A stretch of 64,000 nucleotides of DNA from an uncultured Acidobacteriota bacterium (GTDB lineage Bacteria; Acidobacteriota; UBA6911): the NCBI GenBank assembly GCA_963843575.1, contig CAWJKZ010000014.1, forward strand, positions 32,001 to 96,000, given 5' to 3'. The translations under genes and the position numbers were made by a program. Below are positions 20,640 to 33,409 of this stretch, piece by piece; position 1 is the first letter of the stretch; the number at the start of each line of letters is the position of its first letter. Under the pieces are notes generated by a model that searched no databases, was not told the DNA's origin, and was given only the letters and a program-made list of their open reading frames with translations.

Positions 20640-21470
20640 CGCTAACAGCCGGCCGGTTTTGCGAAAAAGAGCGGAGATCGAACCGAGCAGGGCGGGGATG
20701 GTGTGTTCGCCGGGCACGATCTCAACGTGTTTCCCGAGCGCAGCGGCGGTCGCCGCGGTGACCGGTCCGATGGAGCCGCAAGGGTTCATGCAGGATGTGA
20801 CGTCCCGCCGCTCCCCGACAATGCTGACGAAGTTCGAAACGGTCGACGAGCTGGTGAAGACCAGGAGGTCCGGGGCACCGTGCAGGACGAGATCGATGGT
20901 CGCCGGCGCCACCGTTCCCGGGACACCGTCTCGTAAATCGCGACGACGTCGATGCGCGCGCCGGCAGTCTCGAGCGCCTCGGGATGACGTCCCGGGCGCT
21001 GCTGGCGCGCGGGAAGAGCACGCGGGGCCCGGGGGTTGCGTGGCAGCAACGATGCCAGCGCATCCGCGGCGCCCTCTCCCGACGTAGCGTTCGGGGACAA
21101 GGTCAATCCGGAAGCCGGCTTCCGCGCTCGGGCCGCCGTCGCCGGCCCGACGGCGCATAGGTTCAGGGTGGCGGGCAACGCGCGCGCTCCCCCGGCGTGA
21201 CAGCGCCTCGGCGAAGCGATCCACCGCGTGCGCGCTGGTGAACACAAGCCAGCGGTACTCGTCCAGGCGGTCCAGCGCCGCATCGATGGCGCTCCGGTCT
21301 TCGCGAGTGCGCGCACCTCGATCGATTCGAAGGGGACGACGCGTGCGCCGCGGGCCTCAAGCCCGGAGATCAGGGCCTCGGCTTTCATGCCGGCTGCAGG
21401 CGACGACGACGACTTTGCCTTCCAACGGCCCGGCCGATCGTCTGGAAGGATGCCGCACGCCGGGCCCGCC
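20640..21470 (-). CDS. hemD: Uroporphyrinogen-III synthase, multiple frameshifts, ends approximate
   Basis: Fragments LEARGARVVPF, FTSAHAV, CAVGPATA, VFTSSSTV, SIGPVTA, HTIPAL spread over three frames. Confidence 0.8.
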
Positions 21471-21479
21471 ACGGGAGAA

Positions 21480-22395
21480 CCTGGTGGATTGCCGACAGGA
21501 TGGCGTCGCCGCCGGCGGCCAGCATCGTCTCGGCGAGCGCGATCCCGCACTCCTGGGCGTGCGCGAGAGGTGGTTTCCGCCGACTTGCGGATCAACCGGC
21601 TGCCGTCGGGCGACGCGACGAGCCCGTCGAGGAGCAGCCGGTCCCCGGATGCGCGCGCGTACGACGGCGACCGGGCTGTTGCACCCTCCCCCAGGCGTCT
21701 CAGGAACGAGCGTTCGGCCAGGACCGCCGAAACGGTGACCGGGTCGTCGAGGTGCGCGATCAGCGTCTTGCGGCCCTGTCGTCCCGTCTCGTCTCGAGGG
21801 CGAGCGCGCCCTGCCCGGGAGCCGGCAGCATCAGGTCCGTCGGGATGCGCAGCGTGATGCGGTCCTGCAGCCCGAGGCGGTTGAGCCCGGCGCACGCCAG
21901 CACGATCGCCTGATAGCCCCCTCCGGCGAGCTTCTGGAGCCGCGTGTCGACGTTGCCCCTGATGTCGACTACCTGAAGGTCGGGCCGCACCGCGAGCAGT
22001 TGGGCCTGGCGGCGGATGCTCCCGGTCCCCACCACGGCCTGCTCGGGCAGCCCGGCAAGCTCGGCGACCGGCGACATCGAGACGAGGGCGTCGCGGGGAT
22101 CCTCTCTCGGGGGCACGGCCGCCAGCTGCAGGGCTTCCGGGATGCGGGAAGGGACATCTTTCATGCTGTGGACCGCCAGGTCGATCTCGCCGGCGATCAA
22201 CGCGTCCTCGATCTCCTTCACGAACACGCCCGTCGACCCGCTCGAACGAAGGGAACTCTGGTGTCACGGTCGGCCGAAGTCTTGATTACTCTTATCGTGA
22301 TGACGGTTGCCGGGAAAGCGGTCGAGGATGCGGTCGCGCACCCAGTGAGTCTGTGCCAGCGCCAGCGCGCTGCCGCGGCTGCCGATTGTCAGCAT
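21480..22395 (-). CDS. hemC: Hydroxymethylbilane synthase (porphobilinogen deaminase), multiple frameshifts
   Basis: IGSRGSALALAQ, FVKEIEDAL..AVHSMKD, IRGNVDTRL, PAPGQGAL, AERSFLRRL. Confidence 0.9.
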
Positions 22396-22417
22396 CTGTG
22401 TCGCTCCCCGGTTGCCC

Positions 22418-23708
22418 TCAGTTTTCTTTACCGCCGCCGGTCTCGGACCTGAACATCCGCTTGATCGATTCCAGGTAGGCCTGATGGTGTTGGTCCTGGT
22501 GGATGGAACGTACGTGCGTGACCAGGGGATGGGAGATCTTGCTGGCGATCCTGGCGACCATGGATTCGAGTTCCTTGATTTCGCCGGGTTCCTTAGGCCC
22601 GCGCTTGCGCAGGTACCGCTCGAGCTCGGCGCGACAGATCTGACCGATGCGGTCCTGCACCTGCACGACCACGGGGCCGACGTCGAGCGAGCGCAGCCGC
22701 GAGCACAGAGCGGACACTTCGTGCTCGATGATTCTCTCGGCCGTCGCCGCCTCTTTGCGCCGCTCCCCGAGGTTTGCGTCGACCACCGCCGCAAGGTCGT
22801 CGATGTCGTAGCAGAAGATGTTGTCGATCTCGGCGACCGCGGGATCGACGTTTCTGGGGACGGAGATGTCGACGAAGACCAGGGGCGCGTGCCGGCGCTC
22901 GACCATCAGGCCGCGCGCCACATCGGGGCGCGATCAGACACCTGCTGCGCCGCGGTCGAGACCAGGATGACGTCCGACCGCGCCATCCAGCACGTCAACT
23001 CGTCGAACGGCACGGCGGTCCCCTTGAACTTGAGGGCGAGTTCCTGAGCGGCTTCGCTGCTGCGGTTGGTCACCCGGATCGTCTTCGCTCCCGCGGAGGC
23101 CAGGTGGCGCACGGCGACTTCGCCCATCTTCCCGGCGCCGACAATCAGCACGCTGCGTTCTCCGCAACGTACCAAAGACCTTCTGGGCCAGTTCGACCGC
23201 GGCCGAGCTGACCGAGACCGAGTACTCCCCGATGCTTGTGTCCGAACGCACGCGCTTGGCGACATGAAAGGCCGACTGCATCGACGGTGTTGAGGAATGC
23301 GCCGACCGTCTGCGCTTCGACCGCGAGGCCGTAGAACGACTTTACCTGTCCCAGGATCTGCGGCTCCCCGAGCACCATCGAATCCAGCGAGCAGGCGACT
23401 CTGAGAACGTGGCGCACCGCCTCGTGTTCGACGTGACAATACAACCGCGGCCTCAGGTCCGTGGCGTCCAGACCGCTTTCGCGGCGCAGGAAATCCTCCA
23501 GCAGCTGTGTCCCGGGGCAGCCTTCGCGCACACGGACCAGCAGCTCCACCCGGTTGCAGGTGGAGACGATCATGGCCTCCTCGACGCCCGGCTGCCGGGC
23601 CAGTTCGAGAAGCGCGTCGGGCAGGCGCTCGGGGGCGAACGCCGCGCGTTCCCGTACGCTGATTTCTGCCGTGCGGTGGTTCAGACCCACCAGGACGAGG
23701 TTGAGCAT
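22418..23708 (-). CDS. hemA: Glutamyl-tRNA reductase, multiple frameshifts
   Basis: GLNHRTA, STCNRVE, LDSMVLGEPQILGQ, GAGKMG, DISVPRNV. Confidence 0.92.
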
Positions 23709-23754
23709 TTGTCGATTCACTGCGGACGTCGTGCGGCCCACCGCGCGGGCGCCT

Positions 23755-24561
23755 TCATATATAGGTGTGCAATCCCTTGAACCAGTTCATCCCGAACGTG
23801 AGCAGGATCGAGACGAACCCGATGATGCTGATGTACGCAGCCCAGCGCCCGCGCCAATTGGAGGACAACCGGTAGTTCACCAGCGCCAGGTAAATCCCCC
23901 AGCTCACCAGCGAGGCGGTCTCCTTCGGATCCCAGCTCCAGAACCTCCCCCACGCCTGCTGTGCCCAGAAGGCGCCGGTCAGGATGGTTATGCTCATCAG
24001 GATGAAGCCGGCGAACAGGGACACGCGCAGGATCTCGTCGCACACCTGAAGAGACGGCAGCCGGAAGTACAGGAAGCGGAATTTCTTCTCCTTCAGCTCC
24101 TTTTCCTGGACGAGGTACAGGATCCCCGACATGAAGGTGAGGAAGAACGCAGCGTATGCCAGGAAGGCGACGCTGGTGTGGAAAAAGAGCCACTTGCTCT
24201 TGAGCGGCGCCGGAATCGCGTGATTCTCCTCCCAGATCAGTTCCGCCAGAATGGTCAGGAGAGAAACGAACGGCAGAACGAATGCGCCGAGCACGTTTGT
24301 CCTGTACCGGAGGTTGGCCACGATAAAGGTAAGGGTGACGCTCCACGCGAAAAAGGACAGAGACTCGGGCAGGTTGGTTATCGGAAAATGGCGCCGGTCG
24401 ATCCCCAGCATGACCATGAAGGCGGTGTGGGTGACAAACCCGGCGATCACCATCCAGAGGGCGAGGGTGACGAAGACCTGCCGTTTCTGGTAAAAGCCCA
24501 GAAAGGAATGCAGCAATCCCAGGGTGTAGAGGGCGAAGGTTGCCTGAAGAGTCCAGTTCAT
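23755..24561 (-). CDS. ccsA: Cytochrome c biogenesis protein CcsA-like
   Basis: Multiple TM helices; WWD-type motif GAFWAQQAWGRFWSWDPKE; C-terminal GLH. Confidence 0.88.
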   Translation of the reverse strand: MNWTLQATFALYTLGLLHSFLGFYQKRQVFVTLALWMVIAGFVTHTAFMVMLGIDRRHFPITNLPESLSFFAWSVTLTFIVANLRYRTNVLGAFVLPFVSLLTILAELIWEENHAIPAPLKSKWLFFHTSVAFLAYAAFFLTFMSGILYLVQEKELKEKKFRFLYFRLPSLQVCDEILRVSLFAGFILMSITILTGAFWAQQAWGRFWSWDPKETASLVSWGIYLALVNYRLSSNWRGRWAAYISIIGFVSILLTFGMNWFKGLHTYI

Positions 24562-24802
24562 GGCTCAGGGTCCGAGAATGGTGAATGGTAACACTCCGGG
24601 GGCGGGTCGGCAAACGCAGTCTGCGGCCGGGCCGCCCGGCCCTGGCGTCCTTGAACTGCCTGCCGCAATCTGCTAAATTCGCACCTTCCAGGAACGAGCC
24701 CCCGCGAGCCGTCGAGTGTCCTGAATTGCATCTTCGCATTCCGACCTTCGCGAGTCTTGGAGCTTGCTGTCCAAGTTATCAACCCTGCACCCGGCCAAGC
24801 GT

Positions 24803-26437
<1,635 letters not shown>

Positions 26438-28355
26438 TTGCGGCGTGCGTGCTGCTCGGGTCGCTGTGGGCGTTTCCCTCAGGGGGTCGGACACCGGCCG
26501 GCGCTTCGAACCCGGTCCTCGTCTTTACGCAGGTTCCCTGCCGTCCGCGGCCGGCAGCGCCGAAGGGTGTGTTTGAGTTCCGCAACGCTAGGCCCGAGGG
26601 CGCCCGGATCGTCAGCATGGCTCCGGGCCGGCCCATCCAGGTCCTTACCTCCGAGTTCGCCTCCGCCTGCGACCCCTCGCTCTCCTTCGATGCCCGGCGC
26701 ATCCTGTTTGCCGCCAGGCGCACTCTGCGCGACACGTGGTCCATCTGGGAGATGTCGGTCGACGGCTCGGACAAGCGGGAGATCACGCCTGGCTTCGGCA
26801 ACTGCGCGGGGCCCCGCTATCTCGCGCGCGGGAGCATCACGCCGCCTGAATACGACGAGAAGGTGCGCTGGATCGTGTTTTCCTCCGACGCGGCGGGGAC
26901 CCGCGAGGAGCTGAGCGACAGCCTGGCGACCGCGCTCTACGTGCGCAACATCGAGCCGATCGCCGGCCGCGGGGTTGTTACCTGGCGCACCACCTTCAAC
27001 CTCTCGAGCGACTTTTCTCCGACGGTCCTGCGCGACGGCAGGGTCCTGTTCACGAGTCGGCAGCCCGGGGACGATCCCGCCCACCCGCTTGGGCGCTTTC
27101 CGCTCATGCTCGCCAATTGGGACGGCACGGGGCTGAACCTGTTCTACGGGAACTCGGAAGGGGCCGTGCTGGACACGATGGGGGTCGAGATGCCGGATCG
27201 CACCCTCGTCTTCGTCGAGTCCGACGGGGAGGACGCAAACGGCGCCGGCAGGCTCGCCCGCGTCTCGTTCGCGCGGCCGCTCCACAGCCACGAAGTCCTG
27301 AGCCGGGAGCCGGGGCTGTATGCCAGCCCTGCGGCGCGCGCCGACGGGACCCTCGTGACGAGCTACGCCCCGGCCGGGAGGAGCTTCGGCCTCTACCGGT
27401 TCAGCCTGGAAACGGGTGCCCCGTCGGAGGCGCTGTTCGACGACCCGAAGTGGGACGAACTCCAGCCTGTCCCGGTCGAAGCCAGGGCCGAGCCCACCGG
27501 TCTCCTGAGCGCGGTCGTGGATTCGGCGGAGACCGCAGATCTGCAATGTCTCAACGTCTACGAATCGGAAACGGCCGAGCCGCCCCGCAAGGGAGAGGTC
27601 AAGTCCGTCCGGCTGATCGAGGGGGTGCCGCTCCCCGCACACGAGAGAATTCTGCCGCCGCTGCCCGGGAGCGCCTCTCCTTCGAACCTGCGCACCCGAA
27701 TCCTGGGAGAGGCGCCGGTGGAGGAGGACGGATCCTTTCTCGTGACCGTTCCCGGGGACACCCCGTTTTTCGTGCAACTGTTGGATGCCGGGGGCATGGC
27801 GGTCAAAAACATGCGCGGCTGGATGTGGGTTCGGAAAGGGACCAGCCGAGGCTGCATCGGTTGCCACGAGAACAGGGAGATGGCGCCGGAGAACCGTGCG
27901 ACCATTGCCCTGATCAAGCACAGGCCGGCCGCGCTGCTGACCCCGCCCGCCGAGCGCAAGAGCCTCGACTTCCAGAAAGACATCATGCCGCTGCTGCAGG
28001 CGCGCTGCGCCTCGTGCCACAGCGGCAAATCACCCAGCGGCGGCTTCAGAATCACGGGCACCGCGCCGGCCCCGTTCAACCACGCCTATCGTCAGCTCCT
28101 GAGCGTCAGGCCGGCCCACTCGGTTCAGGGGGATGGTGGCAGCCCCCTCGTCCTGCCCGGCAGCGCGCGACAAAGCCTTTTATCCCAGATAGTTGGCGCA
28201 GTCGAAACCCTCGCGCCCGGGGAGCTCCGGACATCCGGCTGTCGAGTTGACTGACGAGGAGCGTCGCACCGTGGTGCAGTGGATCGACCTGGGAGCCCGA
28301 TGGGCGAATTAATTGCATAATTGCTGCATATCACGCAGTGTACCCGGAGGCTCGA

Positions 28356-30854
28356 GTGCTCCAGCGGATTCTGATTCCGAGCCTGGTCGCCGTGGCGGGG
28401 ATGGTAGGGGCCGGCGTTTCCAGAGAGCCAGGCCGAGCCGCGCCCGCCGGCTACCGCGCCAAGTACGCGGTGCCGGAAGACGGCTTATACAAGTCGCCGA
28501 TACAACTGGCCATTACCAAAGACGGCAAGCGCCTGTTCGTCGCCTGCGAGAACAGCAACGAAGTGCTCGTCGTGGATACCGCAACGCAGAAGGTGTCGGG
28601 CGCGGTGAGGGTGGGGAAGCAGCCGTTCGGCCTGGCCCTGGCTCCCAACGGGGAGGAGCTGTTTGTCGGCAGCCGTTGGGAGAACTCGGTTGCGGTAGTG
28701 GACACGACGACGCTGAAGGTGAACCGCACGCTGCCGATCGTCGATGGTCCCCGGCAGTTGTGCACGGACAAGAGCGGCAGGTTCCTGTTTGCCACGAGCA
28801 TCACGACCAACGGCATAGACGTGGTCGATGCCGCGGCCGGGACGCAGGTGAAAGTGCTGGAAGGGGGCTCGGCGCCGTTTGGGGTGGCGCTGGCGCCTGA
28901 CGGCAGATACCTGTACGTCTCCAATCAGATGTCGAATCCGGTCAAGATGCGCGCCCCGCCGGTGCTCGAGTTGACGGTTGTCGACACGAGGGACCAGATC
29001 GTGGTTGGGCGACGCAACCTGGATTCGACGGTCATCGGCCAGGGGATCGCGGTCTCGCCCGATAACCAGTTCGTGGTAGTCGCGCTGGAATTGCCGAAGA
29101 ACCTGATCCCCGAGACGCAGGTCTACCAGGGCTGGATGGTGACGCACGGCTTCGCGGTCGCGGAGGCGGGACCGCGGGGGAGGGTGGCCTATCTGCTGCT
29201 CGACGACATGAACGCCTACTATGCCGACCCGTTCGGGATTGCGTTCTCCCCGGACGGCCGCCGGCTCTACATCTCGTCGAGCGGCGTCGACCTCGTCTCG
29301 GTGGTCGATTTCGATCGGTTGCGGGCGTTGTTGAAGGTCTCCGGCGGTAAGATCGGGATCTCCGACGAAGCCGTCCGGCTCAATGCCCGGCACCTGGCGC
29401 TCAGTTCGGAATACGTCGAGGCGCGGATCCCGACCGGAAACAATCCGAAGGGTCTCGTGGTCTCGCCGGACGGCATGCGCGTCTACGTGGCCAACAGGCT
29501 GTCGGACAACATCACGGTCATCGATGCGGCCGCCGGGAAGGTGGCCGGGCTGATCGATCTCGGCGGCCCCAGGGTGGCCACGGCGCTCCGGCGCGGTGAG
29601 AGGCTGTTCAACTACAGCACGATCAGCTTCCAGCGGCAGCTGAGCTGCAACACCTGCCACCCCGAATACCACCTGGACGGCCTGATGTACGACATCGTCG
29701 GGCCGGGCGACCGCATGGGCGAGAACCTCGTCGATAATCGCACCCAGCGCGGCATTGCCGACACGGGCCCGTTCAAATGGAATGGCAAGAACCCGACGCT
29801 GGCGCGCCAGGACGGCCCGCGGGCGGCGATGCTGTTTTTCCGTTCTCACGGTTTCGAGCAGGACGAGCTGCGGGACGTTGTCCAGTTTGTCGAATCCATC
29901 GAGCTCAGACCCAGCCGCTACCTGGCCGGCGACGGCGTGCTGAACGAGTTCCAGGAGGAGGGGAGGAACTACTTCGAGCGCGCGTTCACTACCGACGGAC
30001 GTTACATTCCGGCGGCGAACCGGTGCATCACCTGCCATCGGCCGCCGCGGTACACCGACCAGCACTCGTTCGACGTGGGTACGAAGGCGGACCACGACGT
30101 CGAGAGCGCTTTCGACACTCCGCAGCTGGGAAACGTCTGGGAAGGCGCCCCCTACCTGCACGACGGCCGCTGTTACAGCCTCGAGGAGATCTGGACGCTC
30201 TTCAACCCGTATGACCTGCACGGCGCCACCAACGACATGGACAAGCGCCAGCTCAACACCCTGATCGAGTACATCAAGACCCTGACCGTTGCGGAGCCGA
30301 TGACCGACAAGGAGTACCTTGCGACGTTGTGGCCCCCGGCGGCGCTGGCCCCCAGCCACTTTAGCGTGGCAGGCCTGACCGCCCCCGTGATCCCGGAGGC
30401 AAAGTACGTCGGGAACCAAGTGTGCGCGGGCTGCCACGTGAAACAGCACAAGGTGTGGATCTCCACCAAGCACGCGCGAACCTGGGTCATGCTGAGCAGC
30501 GGTGCCGCTGCCGTGGTCGCCGAGGACGCCGGGATTAGGACCGCGGCGCCGCAGTACGAGAGCTTCTGCCTCAAGTGCCACGGCACGGCCGGCGACGTCG
30601 CGCCGGAGAGCCGGGCGGCCAATTTCCACATCGAGGAAGGGGTGCAGTGCGAGCACTGTCACGGTCCCGGGGAACGTTATGCAAAGGCCGAGGTGATGAG
30701 GGACAAGCCGAAGGCCCTCGGCCTCGGCCTGAGGATCCCGGAAAAGCCGGATTACTGCCTTGGCTGTCACGCTCCGAAGCCGTCCCACGCGAAGCTCGGC
30801 AAACCCCCATTCGACCCGAAGACCGCGTGGGAGAAGATCAAGCATCCGAAGTGA
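28356..30854 (+). CDS. YVTN beta-propeller + CCP/MauG-like di-heme domain + c554-like tetraheme domain (hexaheme, HzsBC-like fusion)
   Basis: GGAGG RBS then GTG 28356; SPDG..YVAN repeats; CNTCH, CITCH, FDTPQL, APYLHDG; then CAGCH, CLKCH, CEHCH (GVQCEHCHGPG), CLGCH. Confidence 0.85.
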   Translation: MLQRILIPSLVAVAGMVGAGVSREPGRAAPAGYRAKYAVPEDGLYKSPIQLAITKDGKRLFVACENSNEVLVVDTATQKVSGAVRVGKQPFGLALAPNGEELFVGSRWENSVAVVDTTTLKVNRTLPIVDGPRQLCTDKSGRFLFATSITTNGIDVVDAAAGTQVKVLEGGSAPFGVALAPDGRYLYVSNQMSNPVKMRAPPVLELTVVDTRDQIVVGRRNLDSTVIGQGIAVSPDNQFVVVALELPKNLIPETQVYQGWMVTHGFAVAEAGPRGRVAYLLLDDMNAYYADPFGIAFSPDGRRLYISSSGVDLVSVVDFDRLRALLKVSGGKIGISDEAVRLNARHLALSSEYVEARIPTGNNPKGLVVSPDGMRVYVANRLSDNITVIDAAAGKVAGLIDLGGPRVATALRRGERLFNYSTISFQRQLSCNTCHPEYHLDGLMYDIVGPGDRMGENLVDNRTQRGIADTGPFKWNGKNPTLARQDGPRAAMLFFRSHGFEQDELRDVVQFVESIELRPSRYLAGDGVLNEFQEEGRNYFERAFTTDGRYIPAANRCITCHRPPRYTDQHSFDVGTKADHDVESAFDTPQLGNVWEGAPYLHDGRCYSLEEIWTLFNPYDLHGATNDMDKRQLNTLIEYIKTLTVAEPMTDKEYLATLWPPAALAPSHFSVAGLTAPVIPEAKYVGNQVCAGCHVKQHKVWISTKHARTWVMLSSGAAAVVAEDAGIRTAAPQYESFCLKCHGTAGDVAPESRAANFHIEEGVQCEHCHGPGERYAKAEVMRDKPKALGLGLRIPEKPDYCLGCHAPKPSHAKLGKPPFDPKTAWEKIKHPK

Positions 30855-30868
30855 CGGGAGGTCCCGCG

Positions 30869-32038
30869 ATGATTCGATTCAAGCCTGTGGCCTGTGTTGC
30901 GCTGTTCTGTTGCCTGACCGCGCCTGTCGCGCGACACCGGGCATCGTGGTTGAGCGCGGCCGAGGACCCTCTCCCGAGGGTGTACACCCAGTGGCAGTCG
31001 TTTCACAAGGACGACGGGCTCCCCTCGGACAAAGTCTACTGCGTCGCGGTGGACCGGGACCGCATCTGGGCCGGCACGGATCACGGTCTCGCCCTCTACG
31101 AGGACGGGAAGTGGACCTCGTTCGGCGTGGAGGACGGCCTGGCCTTTCCGGCCGTCCTGTGCCTGGCCGTCGACCCGGTGACCCGCGACGTCTGGGCCGG
31201 GACCATGAAAGGGCTCAACCGCATCTCGGCCGGGCGTTTCGAGACTTTCACCCAGTTCAACAGCGGCCTGCCCAACGACGTGGTTTTCGGAGTCTGCATG
31301 GAGAATCAGAACGTCTGGGTCGCCACCACCAACGGGACCGCGCGCTTCCACGTGAAGGATAAGAAGTTTGATGTATACACACCCGCCAACTCGCCCCAGC
31401 ACGAGCCATGGGGCTATTTCGTCACCTCGGGCGACGGCAAGGTATACGCCGCGCTTTGGGGTGGCGGCGTGCTCGAGTTCGACCTCGCCTCGGAGCAGTG
31501 GAAGTCCTACCTCGATCCGGACGGGGAGATGGAGGTCGACATCCTGCGCGACGACGGGCTCATCCACGTGATCACCACGAGTGTGGCTTACGTGGACAAG
31601 ATCCTGTGGGTGACGACCTACTTCGGCATGAGCCGCTACGACGGCCGGCACTGGCGGGGGTATATCGAGGGGGACTCGGGCCTGCCCAGCAATTTCATCA
31701 ACCTCGTCAAGGCCAAGGGCCGCGTCGCCTGGGTCTCTACGGACCGGGGGCTCGGGGTGGTGAACGGGGACACCAACCGTTGGGTCAGCTACGTGCCCGT
31801 CGACCCGCTGTGGAGTCACACCCGCATGCCGTCGCTCACCGACCGCGGTCCGATGGAGGGGACCAAGGGGTGGGAGGCCAGGATTTACGACGACAGCAAA
31901 CTGATCGACACGGTGAAGCTGGAGCACGGTCTGGCCAACAATCACATCTATGGCGTCGACTTCCAGGGCGAGGTCGTGTGGGTGGCGACCTCCAAGGGCA
32001 TCAGCCGTGGAACCGTCGGCGGGGAGGTTGCGAAGTGA
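30869..32038 (+). CDS. Secreted two-component-regulator-propeller (Reg_prop) repeat protein, stand-alone
   Basis: Repeats DGLPSD/SGLPND..IWAGT..GL; no TM or kinase domain. Confidence 0.85.
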   Translation: MIRFKPVACVALFCCLTAPVARHRASWLSAAEDPLPRVYTQWQSFHKDDGLPSDKVYCVAVDRDRIWAGTDHGLALYEDGKWTSFGVEDGLAFPAVLCLAVDPVTRDVWAGTMKGLNRISAGRFETFTQFNSGLPNDVVFGVCMENQNVWVATTNGTARFHVKDKKFDVYTPANSPQHEPWGYFVTSGDGKVYAALWGGGVLEFDLASEQWKSYLDPDGEMEVDILRDDGLIHVITTSVAYVDKILWVTTYFGMSRYDGRHWRGYIEGDSGLPSNFINLVKAKGRVAWVSTDRGLGVVNGDTNRWVSYVPVDPLWSHTRMPSLTDRGPMEGTKGWEARIYDDSKLIDTVKLEHGLANNHIYGVDFQGEVVWVATSKGISRGTVGGEVAK

Positions 32039-33396
32039 AAAACCGCCGGCGCAGTGAAACCGTCTGTGTACCCGTGTTGTTCCTGTCCGCCCTCCTGGCT
32101 TTCGGGGCCGACCAGCAGCCGCAGGGTCAAAAAGAGAACACTCCCCCCGCCGCGCCGGAGAACAAACCGGAGAAGAAGAAGGAACTGTACGGCAATATGC
32201 CCGAGGATCTCGAGCCGTACCGCGATTTCGCCAGGGATCCCTACAAGAAGTACTTTGTCCCGAGCGACAGCGCGATAACGTTCTGGGGACCGGGCCGCGA
32301 TAAGCCCGAGCCCGACGTGGAGAAGGTGATGCTGGGCCTGATGGCCCCTGTCGAACGAAGCCACGAAACCTACATAGGGCGTTCGATGCTCAACGCCACC
32401 CGCATGGCGCTCGATGAGGCCAACGCCGCGGGAGGGTACAAGGGCAAGCCGTTCGACGTCATCGTCCGGAACGACTCGGGATTGTGGGGCGCCTCGGCCA
32501 ACGAGGTCGTCAGCTTCACCTACGACGACCAGGTCTGGGCGATCCTGGGCACCGTCGACGGGGCGAACAGCCACATTGCGATCAGGGTCGCGCTCCGGAC
32601 CGACGTCCCCATGGTGAACGTCGCGGACCTCGACCCCAGCTTGATGGAAACGCGCATCCCCTGGGTTTTCCGCGTCATCCCAGACGACCGGCAGATGGCC
32701 TATACCATCGCCTACTACGTCTACAAGCAACTCGGGCTTCAGAAAGTCGCCATCCTCCGGGCGAACAACCGGTACGGACGTTTCGGCGTGGCGCAGTTCC
32801 GCAAGAGTTCCATCCGGCTGGGCAAACCCGCCCCCATCGAGATCAACTACGAGATCAACTACGAGAAGGTGAACCCGGATTTCACGGCACAGCTCGATCG
32901 GCTGGACAAGACGCAGCCGGATGCCGTCGTGCTCTGGGCGGACCCGCAACCCGCGGCGTGGCTCGTGAAGAAGATGCGCGAGGCGGGCATGAAGATGCCG
33001 ATAGTCGCCTGCGAGCGGATCATCAGCCAAAATTTCCTTGCCATCGCGGGCGAGGCGGCCGAGGGGGTGATCGCGACTTCGCCGTTCAACCCCGACGCCG
33101 ACAACCCCAGGCTCGTCGCCTTCCGGACGCGCTACCAGACGAGGTTCGGTGCCCCCCCCGATGCCTACGCGGCACACGCGTACGACGGCACCCAGATGGT
33201 GATCGAAGCGATCCGGAAGGCGGGCCTGAACCGTTACCGCATCCGTGACGCCCTCGCGGCGATGAACCGCTGGGACGGGGTTACGGGCGAGATCGTGATG
33301 GACGACGTGTTCACCAACCGTCGTCCGGTGTGTGTAGCAACGATCAAGGGCGGCCGCTTTGTTTACGGCACCCCGAGTTTCGAACACCTGTTTTGA
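32035..33396 (+). CDS. LivJ-like (type I) periplasmic substrate-binding protein
   Basis: EANAAGG, WVFRVIPDDRQ, AAHAYDG, GVTGEI; GTGA overlap with the upstream stop codon. Confidence 0.87.
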   Translation: MKNRRRSETVCVPVLFLSALLAFGADQQPQGQKENTPPAAPENKPEKKKELYGNMPEDLEPYRDFARDPYKKYFVPSDSAITFWGPGRDKPEPDVEKVMLGLMAPVERSHETYIGRSMLNATRMALDEANAAGGYKGKPFDVIVRNDSGLWGASANEVVSFTYDDQVWAILGTVDGANSHIAIRVALRTDVPMVNVADLDPSLMETRIPWVFRVIPDDRQMAYTIAYYVYKQLGLQKVAILRANNRYGRFGVAQFRKSSIRLGKPAPIEINYEINYEKVNPDFTAQLDRLDKTQPDAVVLWADPQPAAWLVKKMREAGMKMPIVACERIISQNFLAIAGEAAEGVIATSPFNPDADNPRLVAFRTRYQTRFGAPPDAYAAHAYDGTQMVIEAIRKAGLNRYRIRDALAAMNRWDGVTGEIVMDDVFTNRRPVCVATIKGGRFVYGTPSFEHLF

Positions 33397-33409
33397 GTGG
33401 TCCGAGGGT

